The notes under the pieces: generated by a model
Database searches by the model: none
Told to the model about the DNA's origin: nothing
Seen by the model: only the letters and a program-made list of their open reading frames with translations
Shown: positions 26,760 through 35,656 of the stretch, piece after piece
Numbering within the stretch: the stretch's first letter is position 1
Layout: each line of letters opens with the position of its first letter
Source of the DNA: a bacterium
GTDB taxonomy: Bacteria > Cyanobacteriota > Vampirovibrionia > Gastranaerophilales > Gastranaerophilaceae
Reading direction: 5' to 3'
Assembly (NCBI GenBank): GCA_017480425.1
Contig: JAFVAR010000052.1
Location: 2,396 to 66,395, forward strand
DNA length: 64,000 nt
Program-made: the position numbers and the translations under genes

Positions 26760-27447
26760 AATTTTGGTCGTAGATGATGATACATCAATAAATGAACTGA
26801 TAAAAATAAACTTGGAACTGCAAGGTTATGAAGTTATCCAAGCTTTTAACGGCATTGAAGGGTTTGCCAAAGCAAAGCAAGAAACTCCGTCTCTTGTAGT
26901 ACTTGACGTTATGATGCCGGAGGTAGATGGATACACCGTTGCACAAAGAATAAGGCAATGTTCTGAAATAGCAGAAACTCCCATTATAATGCTTACTGCT
27001 CTATCTGAGCTAAACGATAAAGTAAACGGATTTAATATCGGAGTTGATGATTATTTAACAAAACCATTTGAAATAGATGAACTAATAGTTAGAGTAAGAG
27101 CATTATTAAAAAGGACAAAACAAATTCCAAAATCGATTGCAGTTAGAGAACTTTTAACATATAAGGAAATAACTCTCTTACCGGAAACGTATAGTGTTCA
27201 AATAAATGATAAAATACAAAAACTTACACCGATAGAGTATGATATATTTAATTTATTGTTTCAAAATCATGGCAATATGGTTTCAGGTGCCAAATTGCTA
27301 AAAGAAATTTGGGGATATGAGCCTGATGATAATGTTGAAACTATACGAGTTCACATAAGACATTTACGTTCAAAAATAAACAAAATATCTGATTGTAAAC
27401 AATATATAGAAACCATCTACGGTGGCGGTTACAAATTAAATGTGTAG
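26752..27447 (+). CDS. rpaA: OmpR-family response regulator, RpaA-like
   Basis: REC plus winged helix; DKVNGFN, TLLPE, QNHG.MVS and WGYEPDDNVETIRVHIRHLR closely follow cyanobacterial RpaA. Confidence 0.75.
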   Translation: MTKILVVDDDTSINELIKINLELQGYEVIQAFNGIEGFAKAKQETPSLVVLDVMMPEVDGYTVAQRIRQCSEIAETPIIMLTALSELNDKVNGFNIGVDDYLTKPFEIDELIVRVRALLKRTKQIPKSIAVRELLTYKEITLLPETYSVQINDKIQKLTPIEYDIFNLLFQNHGNMVSGAKLLKEIWGYEPDDNVETIRVHIRHLRSKINKISDCKQYIETIYGGGYKLNV

Positions 27448-27511
27448 TTTTGTAACAATTTTAAAAAATTGTGAAATTGTCTAAAATATATATACTTTAT
27501 ATATATACAAG
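27439..27511 (+). promoter_or_regulatory. Degenerate HLR1-like repeat plus conserved bipartite promoter motif
   Basis: AATGTGTA-GT-TTTGTAAC (27439-56), 15 nt, TGAAATT (27472-78), 14 nt, TACTTTATATATATACAAG (27493-511). Confidence 0.65.
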
Positions 27512-27540
27512 ATGGGTATATATTTTAGAAAGGACGCAGA

Positions 27541-28440
27541 ATGGTCACAGATTTGTGCATCATAATTCCGACAGAACTAAAACAATATAAGATAGGTGAA
27601 GAAATTCAAGAGCAAGATATAAAAACTTCTTGTGCTAAGAATAATGTATTAATAAAAAGAAATGATAATGGTCTTGTTGAGCAAGTAGAATATTTTGATG
27701 AAAATGGTGAGCTTGAAAAAAGTTTAACGTATAAAGGTGCATCAGTTTCAAAAGAAACAGTATATAAGAATGGTAAAATCCGTGTTGAAAAAGAATTTTC
27801 TGAAAATAAACTTACTTCTAAAAAAGTATTTCGCAACAATGGTGAAACTTTATATGAAAACAATTATAGATACGATAGCAATAATTTAGTATTCATAAGT
27901 AAAAAAGAAAAAGATATTGAATGCGCAGTAATATATATTTATGATGAATTAGACAGAATTATATCAAGAAAAATATACAAAAACAGAGAAATAATTAGCG
28001 AACAATTTTATAAATATGATATTTCAGGTAAGATTTTAGGTTATAGAGATAGAAATCAGACAGTAGAAGTTTGCCGCAGAAATCAAAAAAATGAACTATT
28101 ATGTTATAAAATTAAAGATATAAAAGGTAATGAGATTTTAATTAAAAATATTTTTGATGGATTTGCTTATTTAAAAACAGAAATAGTATTAAACGGGAAT
28201 TGTGCAACTGTTATGAACAGAGATTATGTTGATAATATTGTTTTAAAAAAACCATGCGCAACAGATGATGATTTGGATTTAGTTATATCAAAATTAGAAA
28301 ATAAAAAAATTTCTGAGACAGAATGTAAAAAAATTAATGACATTTCAGAACATGTCATAAAGGAGGAGATAGAGAAAGTAATATTACCAATTGCATTAAG
28401 AAAAAGAGCAATTCTCAATAGCGTTGAAAAAAGTGCATAG
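27541..28440 (+). CDS. Hypothetical protein with YD/MORN-like beta-hairpin repeats
   Basis: Repeated YFDENG, YKNGK, YRYDSNN, YIYDELDR, YKYDISG. Confidence 0.65.
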   Translation: MVTDLCIIIPTELKQYKIGEEIQEQDIKTSCAKNNVLIKRNDNGLVEQVEYFDENGELEKSLTYKGASVSKETVYKNGKIRVEKEFSENKLTSKKVFRNNGETLYENNYRYDSNNLVFISKKEKDIECAVIYIYDELDRIISRKIYKNREIISEQFYKYDISGKILGYRDRNQTVEVCRRNQKNELLCYKIKDIKGNEILIKNIFDGFAYLKTEIVLNGNCATVMNRDYVDNIVLKKPCATDDDLDLVISKLENKKISETECKKINDISEHVIKEEIEKVILPIALRKRAILNSVEKSA

Positions 28441-28507
28441 ATTATTTTACAAAATATGATTAATATTGTATAATAAACCTGTAATTAGATTATAACTGGA
28501 GGTTTAT

Positions 28508-28897
28508 ATGAAGGAAGAGTTTTCAACAAATGCAAGACGCTGGTATGACAAGGATCCCGTTTTGTCCTCAGCTATGAAAACCCTTGAAGAATCAGATGAT
28601 GAAACACAAATAAAAGTTGCACTGAATTTAATTAAAATAATTACAGAACATCAACTTTCGAATTCTGAGTATGAATCTGTTGAGGATATAGTTTCAGCAA
28701 CAGAAGATGTTTTAGATGATTCAAAGCACGGGAGATGGTATGACCTGGACGGTACGCTGAGAACTGCAATAAGTTTGCTTCAAAATTGTCCGGAATCTAC
28801 AAGAAAAGAAATTGCAAAAGAAATGGCAAAGAACGTCGTCGAAACTATTAAGAAAGAAGATCAGGATGACGATGAAACAGAAGTTCCGGAAGTTTAA
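28508..28897 (+). CDS. Small acidic protein with tandem RWYD repeats
   Basis: RRWYDKDPVLSSAMKTL / GRWYDLDGTLRTAISLL; strong SD GGAGG. Confidence 0.75.
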   Translation: MKEEFSTNARRWYDKDPVLSSAMKTLEESDDETQIKVALNLIKIITEHQLSNSEYESVEDIVSATEDVLDDSKHGRWYDLDGTLRTAISLLQNCPESTRKEIAKEMAKNVVETIKKEDQDDDETEVPEV

Positions 28898-28994
28898 TTT
28901 TTGGTACGTATTATTGGTTAATTGATTAGCAAACGTAGTCGAAGTTGTGTAGGAAGAGCGGTTTTTAGATTCTTAAAAATCGCTCTTTATAGTA

Positions 28995-29537
28995 TTATAC
29001 ATTTACAATAGCTTCAGAGCCTGCTTCAAGCGCTTTAAAGTTCAACGGTATAAGTTCTTTTTTCTTTGTTCCGAGAACTTTTTCAATTCCGTTTTTTAAT
29101 GCATCTTTGGACAATATTTTACACACTGAAGACAAAACCCCAAGTGATACGACGTTTGTAATTTTGCTGGATCCGAGTTCATTAGCAATTTTAGTCATTG
29201 GCGCAAAGAAATAACTAATATCATCCCTTAAACGTTTTTCTGCGACCAGAGTTGAATTTGCAATAATAGCTCCACCAGTTTTTACTCTTTGTACAAATCT
29301 GTCAAATGATTGCTGGTTCAATACAAGAGCAAAATCTGTGTCTTGTTTGTGAACTGAACTAACTTCAGTATCGGATACAACTACTTCACAATTAACGGTT
29401 CCGCCTCTCATTTCAGCACCATAGCATGGATACCAGGTAACATTTTTACCGTCAAGCATAAATGCATTGGCTAATATAGTACCTGCAAGTAAAATTCCTT
29501 GCCCTCCAAAACCTGCTAATATAAAATTCTTTTCCAT
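28995..29537 (-). CDS. 2-oxoacid:ferredoxin oxidoreductase gamma subunit
   Basis: LAGFGGQG, YGAEMRGG. Confidence 0.93.
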   Translation of the reverse strand: MEKNFILAGFGGQGILLAGTILANAFMLDGKNVTWYPCYGAEMRGGTVNCEVVVSDTEVSSVHKQDTDFALVLNQQSFDRFVQRVKTGGAIIANSTLVAEKRLRDDISYFFAPMTKIANELGSSKITNVVSLGVLSSVCKILSKDALKNGIEKVLGTKKKELIPLNFKALEAGSEAIVNV

Positions 29538-29556
29538 TTATAACCTTTCGTTGTAA

Positions 29557-30306
29557 TTAGTTATTATTTTTAACATCTTTGAATATCCCAAGCGGGAATA
29601 TTTCTGTCATTTCAGTTTTTATTCTTTCGTGTGCCTGCTCAGGTGTCATATGCCAATTTGTCGGACAGGATGAAAGAATTTCTACAAATCCGAAACCAAG
29701 TCCTTCAAGTTGAACTTCAAACGCTCTCTTAATCGCTGCTTTTGCTTGATTTATGTGAGGTACTGAATCTAATGCAACACGAGCAGAGAAAGCAGTTCCG
29801 TCACACAAAGCCATATGTTCTGCCATTTTTATCGGATAGCCGTAATATTCACGATTACGTCCCATTGGCGATGTTGTTGTTTTTTGTCCCATAGTTGTTG
29901 TCGGTCCTAACTGCCCGCCTGTCATTCCATAGGTTGTATTGTTTAACATAAACGATGTTATACTCTCTCCTCTTAGGGCAACATTCATTGACTCTGCAAG
30001 TCCGATTGACGCAAAATCACCGTCTCCGGAATAAGTAAATACAACCTTATCAGGCTGGGCCCTTTTTACTCCTGTGGCTGAAGCTAATGCTCTTCCGTGA
30101 GGAGCCTCTACACAATCTATGTTTAAAAAATCATATATAAAAACTGAGCATCCTATTGCAGTAGAAGAAATTATATTTTCTCTTATACCTAATTCATCAA
30201 TTACTTCTGCAACAAGCCTCATCGCAATCCCGTGATCGCAGCCGGGACAAAAAGTAAATTTAAAACCTTCTTTAAATGATTTTGGAATACTAAAGACTTG
30301 TTGCAT
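29557..30306 (-). CDS. 2-oxoacid:ferredoxin oxidoreductase beta (TPP-binding) subunit
   Basis: FCPGC, IGCS, HGRA, GDGD..NN..YGMTGGQ, SSCPTNW. Confidence 0.94.
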   Translation of the reverse strand: MQQVFSIPKSFKEGFKFTFCPGCDHGIAMRLVAEVIDELGIRENIISSTAIGCSVFIYDFLNIDCVEAPHGRALASATGVKRAQPDKVVFTYSGDGDFASIGLAESMNVALRGESITSFMLNNTTYGMTGGQLGPTTTMGQKTTTSPMGRNREYYGYPIKMAEHMALCDGTAFSARVALDSVPHINQAKAAIKRAFEVQLEGLGFGFVEILSSCPTNWHMTPEQAHERIKTEMTEIFPLGIFKDVKNNN

Positions 30307-31369
30307 AATTTTTCTCCATAACCTTTTTCACTGAATCAACTATTTCTTCAACGCTTAACCATTCTCCGCAAGGTCTGTTAACAAGCGCAATATCAGATTG
30401 TCCGTTAATTGCATATTTTACGTCTTTATACATTTGCCCCATATTCATTTCAACAACTATAAAATCTTTTCCTTGCTTTGCAAGCTCATTAATTCTTTGT
30501 GAAGGGAAAGGACTAAGTGTAATTGGCCTGAAGTAACCGGCCTTAATTCCGTTTTTTCTTAATACTTTTATTGCAGCTTTAATGTTTCTTGCCATTGAAC
30601 CAAACGCTGTCAAGATTATATCTGCATCTTCCGTGTTAATTTCTTCAAATGATGTTTCATTTTCCTTAATTACTTCAAATTTCTTGAATAAATCTTTAAT
30701 ATGTTGAATTTGAGCTTTTTCATCTCTTGCACATGAGTATATTGCTCTTGCATCTCTGCCTTTTGCTCCGGATAATGCCCAAGCAGAGGTATCAATTTCA
30801 GGATATGGATACTTTCCAAAACTTGCAGGCTCCATCATTTGTCCTAATAATCCGTCAGCAAGCAAAATGGTTGGATTTCTGTATTTTTGAGCAAGATAAA
30901 ATGCTCTGTATGTTAAATCAATACACTCTTGTACAGTTGAAGGAGCCAGTACAATTACTTTATAATCTCCGTTTCCACCGCCATATACAGCTTGATTATA
31001 GTCTCCTTGTGCAGGATAGATGTAGCCGAGTCCCGGACCGGTTCTCATAACGTTAACAAGTACAACCGGAAGTTCATCGGATGCTGCATATGACAGGGCT
31101 TCTTGCATTAGTGCAACAGCACAGGAAGAAGACGAAGTCATAGCTTTAACTCCTGTAGAAACTGCACCCATGACCATATTTATAGCAGCCAATTCACTTT
31201 CTGCACATACATATCCCCGTCCAAGTTCTTGCATTTTGCCGCTTAAATATTCACCGATTTCGGTTTGAGGTGTAATCGGATACCCGAAATAGCACTGACA
31301 ACCCGCATTTACCGCAGCTTGTGCAATTGCATAATTTCCTTTTATTAATACTTTTTCACAATCTTTCAT
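30290..31369 (-). CDS. 2-oxoacid:ferredoxin oxidoreductase alpha subunit (VorB-like)
   Basis: KGN.AIA, GYPITPQTE, AESELAA, VNVMR.GPGLG, VVEMNMGQ. Confidence 0.94.
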   Translation of the reverse strand: MKDCEKVLIKGNYAIAQAAVNAGCQCYFGYPITPQTEIGEYLSGKMQELGRGYVCAESELAAINMVMGAVSTGVKAMTSSSSCAVALMQEALSYAASDELPVVLVNVMRTGPGLGYIYPAQGDYNQAVYGGGNGDYKVIVLAPSTVQECIDLTYRAFYLAQKYRNPTILLADGLLGQMMEPASFGKYPYPEIDTSAWALSGAKGRDARAIYSCARDEKAQIQHIKDLFKKFEVIKENETSFEEINTEDADIILTAFGSMARNIKAAIKVLRKNGIKAGYFRPITLSPFPSQRINELAKQGKDFIVVEMNMGQMYKDVKYAINGQSDIALVNRPCGEWLSVEEIVDSVKKVMEKNYATSL

Positions 31370-31433
31370 ATTTTTCCTCCTCCTCTCAACAAAGAGAGGA
31401 CTGGGTTGAAAAGCAAGCTTTTCCCGATTTTAG

Positions 31434-31643
31434 CTACTTCCAGACCTCTGTAATTGCTACATCAGGACAACGTTTGGCGCACATTGCACACCCAATACAT
31501 TCTCCATTGGGGTCATTAAATTCGACCATATAATCACCAAGCCTGTTAGTCTTCTCGCTTTTTTGAATAAGTCCTTTGGGACATGTGGTCGTGCAAATAT
31601 AACATGATTTGCATCGATTATTATCAATAACTATTTTTCCCAT
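31434..31643 (-). CDS. 2x[4Fe-4S] ferredoxin (oxidoreductase delta subunit)
   Basis: CKSCYICTTTCP and CIGCAMCAKRCP. Confidence 0.93.
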   Translation of the reverse strand: MGKIVIDNNRCKSCYICTTTCPKGLIQKSEKTNRLGDYMVEFNDPNGECIGCAMCAKRCPDVAITEVWK

Positions 31644-31693
31644 CTCTGCTCCTAATACTAAAAGTATAGCACTAACAATATTTTGAGGCTTTT

Positions 31694-31711
31694 ATTGTAA
31701 AGAAATGTAAC
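31694..31711 (+). promoter_or_regulatory. HLR1-like direct repeat upstream of flagellin
   Basis: ATTGTAAA-GA-AATGTAAC; 17 bp identical to the site at 13971-87. Confidence 0.65.
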
Positions 31712-31767
31712 AATATGAAACGATTTTGTTATTGAAAATGTTAAATGTGGAATTTGTGAAATATAGA

Positions 31768-31807
31768 GTTATGCAAGGATGTATAACGTAGGATAGCCAG
31801 AAAGGAG
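31768..31807 (+). promoter_or_regulatory. CsrA/RsmA binding sites in flagellin 5' leader
   Basis: Hairpin GTTATGCA-AGGA-TGTATAAC; AUGCAAGGAUGU is 11/12 to RUACARGGAUGU; two further AGGA, one in the SD. Confidence 0.7.
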
Positions 31808-31813
31808 TAACAA

Positions 31814-32710
31814 ATGGCAATTACTATTAACACAAACTTATCATCACAAATCGTTCAATCAAATTTGAACAAAGCAACCACTTCATTAAATCAAGCAATT
31901 GAAAGAATGACCACAGGTTACAAAATTAACCACGCAGCAGATAACGCAGCAGGTTATTCAATTGCAAGAAGCTGGGAAGCAAAATTAGGCTCATTAGATG
32001 TAGCAGCAGATAACGCAGCAACAGGCGCTGATATGTTATCAACTCTTGAAGATCACTATGCACTTGTTTCAACACACGTACAACGTATCAGAGATTTGAC
32101 AGAGCAAGCTGCAAACGGAACATACGGAGAACAATCATTAAAGGCGATTCAAGAAGAAATTAATGCAAGACTTGATGAAATTGACCGTATTGCATTAAAC
32201 TGCGAATTCAGCGGACAAAACTTGATGGATGGTACTCTTGAAAACAAAAACATTGCTATTCAAGTAGGCCTTGATTCAGATGGCGGAAGAAGTCAGATTT
32301 CTCTTGAAGGTAAATTATTCAAGAGCGGTAAAATCGCAGATCTATTTAAAGATGCAGGTTTTGAAATCGACAGAGCTGATATTGCAAAATTCTGTGCAAA
32401 CTTAGATCCTGAAACTGATCCGGATGACAGAGTAGATGCAGCTGATATGCTTGTAAAAATTGATGACGTAATCGACAAAATTTCTTCAAGAGTAACAACA
32501 TTAGGTGCTGCACAAAACAGAATTGAATCAGCAATAGAATCAATTGCAGTACAATCTGAAAACATCACATCATCTCTATCAACATTAAGAGACGCAGACG
32601 TAGCACAAGAATCATCGAACTTCTTGAAAGCACAAATATTACAACAAGCATCAGCAACACTACTTGCAACAGCAAACCAAACTCCAAGTATTGCATTGAA
32701 CTTGTTATAA
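31814..32710 (+). CDS. fliC: Flagellin
   Basis: MAITINTN, ERMTTGYKINHAADNAAG, RIRDLTEQAANG, LGAAQNRIES, RDADVAQE, QILQQAS..LA.AN. Confidence 0.95.
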   Translation: MAITINTNLSSQIVQSNLNKATTSLNQAIERMTTGYKINHAADNAAGYSIARSWEAKLGSLDVAADNAATGADMLSTLEDHYALVSTHVQRIRDLTEQAANGTYGEQSLKAIQEEINARLDEIDRIALNCEFSGQNLMDGTLENKNIAIQVGLDSDGGRSQISLEGKLFKSGKIADLFKDAGFEIDRADIAKFCANLDPETDPDDRVDAADMLVKIDDVIDKISSRVTTLGAAQNRIESAIESIAVQSENITSSLSTLRDADVAQESSNFLKAQILQQASATLLATANQTPSIALNLL

Positions 32711-32740
32711 TTTATAGCCTGAAATATATATTTATTCTAA

Positions 32741-32779
32741 AAAGGGGCAAGGTAAATTTAAACCTTGCCTTTCTTTTTT
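32741..32779 (+). terminator. Intrinsic terminator after flagellin
   Basis: GGCAAGGT / ACCTTGCC stem followed by TTTCTTTTTT. Confidence 0.85.
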
Positions 32780-32898
32780 ATTTAATTTTCCGGATGTTGC
32801 ACTTCTAACCAGAAAATTTTTGAATTATTATTGTAAACATTTGTAAATATTTTTATACAAAATAGTGAGTTTTTTATTTAATTATTCTATAATGTATC

Positions 32899-33058
32899 TA
32901 TACAAACTTGTGAGGAATATATAAAGAGAGCTTAGATTTATTTCTCATGGATATTTAAGAGAATTAATTAAAATAATCTTAAATAGGTGAAAGTGTAAAA
33001 TTGTTGTTGATTGGGATATGTACTTATATATGAGATTGGAGAAATTCAATCTCTTTTT
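32899..33058 (+). ncRNA. Candidate sRNA (about 155 nt)
   Basis: HLR1-like box 32830-47, TATAAT 32888-93, no sizeable ORF seen, plus-strand terminator GAGATTG..CAATCTC-TTTTT at 33032-58. Confidence 0.5.
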
Positions 33059-33067
33059 ATTATACAT

Positions 33068-33715
33068 TTATCCTTCTTCTTTAAGCAGTAATATAGCAGA
33101 AGTTATTTCTTCTTTCAGATATTCTAACTGTTGACTTATGTTTTCAGGATTATAAATTGAACCGCTTTCTGTATAGGCAAGGTATCTTTGATAAGTCACA
33201 GCTTCTCTCCTTAGAGTAGCAATTGACTTTACATATCTGTTAACTTCTGTCAGTTTTTTAAATGACTCATAATAAGATTCCGGTTTACCATCGTATTTGC
33301 TCATCATGTAATCAATATTCATAGTGACAAGATTTGCCTTTGACACAAATAATTGCAATGATTCATTATCGTCAATGCAATCAAACAGTTTTTCCAGCAT
33401 AGGAATCATATTGTTTGCATCTGTTGTATACTCAGAAACTTTATCCTTTTTTTGAATAATATTAACAAAAGCCGGATTATCCCTTGGAATCGGCTTTAAT
33501 TCACTCGGATTATCAAATCCGGGTTGAATTTCAAACTTTGGTTCAGAAACTTTTGTTTTAGTTTTTTCTTCTTTTTGTCCTATACTTGGAAGAGTTCCCG
33601 CATAACCTTTACCTTGGAGTTCTTTTTCCAAAGCTTTATCTTTCTTATGCCAAAAAAACGCATACGAAGGAGACATAAAACTCATTAATATTAAACAAAC
33701 AATAAACTTTTTCAT
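33068..33715 (-). CDS. Hypothetical exported protein
   Basis: Sec signal MKKFIVCLILMSFMSPSYA; helical C-terminal region. Confidence 0.75.
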   Translation of the reverse strand: MKKFIVCLILMSFMSPSYAFFWHKKDKALEKELQGKGYAGTLPSIGQKEEKTKTKVSEPKFEIQPGFDNPSELKPIPRDNPAFVNIIQKKDKVSEYTTDANNMIPMLEKLFDCIDDNESLQLFVSKANLVTMNIDYMMSKYDGKPESYYESFKKLTEVNRYVKSIATLRREAVTYQRYLAYTESGSIYNPENISQQLEYLKEEITSAILLLKEEG

Positions 33716-33759
33716 AATTATATTATAGTTATTTTTTAGCCAAAGGCAACTTTAAAACT

Positions 33760-34356
33760 TTATAATTCTCTTCGTCCTTCAATAGCTCTTGCAAGTGTAA
33801 CTTCATCTGCATACTCTAAATCCGCACCCACCGGTAATCCAAAGGCTATTCTTGAAATTTTTATTCCGAACGGCTTTATTAACTTTGTGAGATATAAGCT
33901 TGTAGCCTCACCTTCAACTGAAGGTGATAACGCCAATATTACCTCTTGAACAGTTTCGTCAGTTAATCTTGATAAGAGCTCTTTGATTCTTATATCTTCA
34001 GCGCCAATACCGTCAATAGGAGAAATTAGTCCCTGTAGTACGTGATAAAGTCCTCTGTATTCATTTGTTTTTTCAATTGCAATTAAGTCCTTTGTCTCTG
34101 CGACAACACAAATTACTGAACGATTTCGGTTTGTTGATGAACAGATTTCGCACGGAGATTGAGATGAAATATTGTAGCATATTTCACATGTTTTTGCGTT
34201 TTTCTTTGCTTCTAATATAGCATTTGAAAACTTTTCAACTTCCGTGATAGGCATTTTTAAAACCTGAAAAGCCATTCTCTGCGCAGACTTTGGTCCTACG
34301 GAAGGGAACTTTTGAAATTGTTCTATCAGTGTCGCTATCGACTTTGGATAAATCAT
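33760..34356 (-). CDS. recR: Recombination protein RecR
   Basis: VGPKSAQRMA, C4 zinc finger, YHVLQG, EGEAT, LEYADEVTL. Confidence 0.97.
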   Translation of the reverse strand: MIYPKSIATLIEQFQKFPSVGPKSAQRMAFQVLKMPITEVEKFSNAILEAKKNAKTCEICYNISSQSPCEICSSTNRNRSVICVVAETKDLIAIEKTNEYRGLYHVLQGLISPIDGIGAEDIRIKELLSRLTDETVQEVILALSPSVEGEATSLYLTKLIKPFGIKISRIAFGLPVGADLEYADEVTLARAIEGRREL

Positions 34357-34422
34357 TATAAAACTCTTATGGCTATAAATATAAAACTTATAACCATCCT
34401 TTCTTTTTATATTTAACTAATT

Positions 34423-34758
34423 TTAGAATAATCCCGGAATTGAAATTCCACCTGTTACGGATTTCATTTTTTCTTCCATGATTTTTTGCGCCTTACCGGA
34501 GGTTTGGTTTATTGCAGCAGTTATTATATCTTCCAGCATCTCGATTGTATCTTCCGACACAGAAGAAGGATTTTCAGGATTAATAGCCTCTGCTGAAAGC
34601 TTTATTGATTTGAATAAGCCTTTACCATCACAAATAACTTTTACAGCTCCGTTTGCAGCTTCACCGGATACATCCATATTATTAAGCTCATCTTGAGCAT
34701 CTTTTAGTCCTTTTTGAATATTTTGTGCTTGTTTCATCATATTCATCATGTTCATCAT
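34423..34758 (-). CDS. ybaB: YbaB/EbfC nucleoid-associated protein
   Basis: MMKQAQ, GAVKV, MLEDIITAAIN; upstream of recR. Confidence 0.92.
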   Translation of the reverse strand: MMNMMNMMKQAQNIQKGLKDAQDELNNMDVSGEAANGAVKVICDGKGLFKSIKLSAEAINPENPSSVSEDTIEMLEDIITAAINQTSGKAQKIMEEKMKSVTGGISIPGLF

Positions 34759-34794
34759 AATAATTTCCTCCTTGTTGTCGGGTTTTACTCAATT

Positions 34795-35553
34795 CTATAT
34801 CTGTTCTTCTATTTTTGCCATTAGGTCATCGTCTATATCAAAGTTAGCATAGACATTTTGTACATCGTCGTGTTCTTCAAGTCTTCCGAGAAGTCGCATA
34901 ATATTTACCGCAGTCTTTTCATCCGTAACTTCAATAGTATTTTGCGGGATTCTTGTAAATTCTGCACTTTTTGATTTAAAGCCGTCTTTTTCAAGACCTT
35001 CCGCTACGGGCTGCAAATTAGGGACAGATGTGTAAACTTTATATTCGTCATCTTCTTCTGCTATATCATCAGCATCTAAGTTAATTGCAGCTTCAAAAAG
35101 TGCATCATAATTAACGTTATCTTTATTAAACGTAATGCATCCTTTTTTATCAAACATCCAACCCACACAGCCGGTTTCACCCAGATTACCGTTAAACTTT
35201 GTAAAATAGCTTCTGATGTCACCTGCGGTTCTGTTTTTATTGTCTGTCATTGCTTCTATAACAACGGCAACACCTCCTGCAGCATATCCTTCATACGTCA
35301 TTTCATCATAATTTTCACTATTACCGGCACCTGAACCTTTTTCAATAGCTCTTTTTATATTATCATTCGGCAAACCTGCAGATTTCGCTTTTTCTATAGC
35401 CGTTCTTAAACGGAAATTACCGGCAGGATCAGGCCCGCCTAATTTTGCTGCTACGATAATTTCTCTTGAGAATTTTTGAAATTCAGCAGCTCTTAAAGAA
35501 TCTGTTTTTGCCTTTTTATGTTTTATTGTTGACCATTTTGAGTGTCCGCTCAT
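34795..35553 (-). CDS. yebC: YebC/PmpR family protein
   Basis: MSGHSKW, YEGY, TDNKNRT, LEEHDDVQNVYAN. Confidence 0.96.
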   Translation of the reverse strand: MSGHSKWSTIKHKKAKTDSLRAAEFQKFSREIIVAAKLGGPDPAGNFRLRTAIEKAKSAGLPNDNIKRAIEKGSGAGNSENYDEMTYEGYAAGGVAVVIEAMTDNKNRTAGDIRSYFTKFNGNLGETGCVGWMFDKKGCITFNKDNVNYDALFEAAINLDADDIAEEDDEYKVYTSVPNLQPVAEGLEKDGFKSKSAEFTRIPQNTIEVTDEKTAVNIMRLLGRLEEHDDVQNVYANFDIDDDLMAKIEEQI

Positions 35554-35656
35554 ACCTAAAATCCCCTTTTAATATATAGTCTGCTTTTCAATAATACATG
35601 AACTAAATAAATAAGGCAAGTGTTAAGTTTCTATAATTTATATCCAAAAAAGTCGC

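Noticed and set aside
31381-31425. Two hairpins between the ferredoxin and oxidoreductase alpha genes as a riboswitch
   Set aside because: No TPP-riboswitch core (GCTGAGA); the SD lies just outside the stem; more likely a stability or processing element.
31712-31770. Sigma-28 promoter for flagellin
   Set aside because: TAAA at 31742 is not followed by a GCCGATAA-like -10 at 15 nt; no convincing match.
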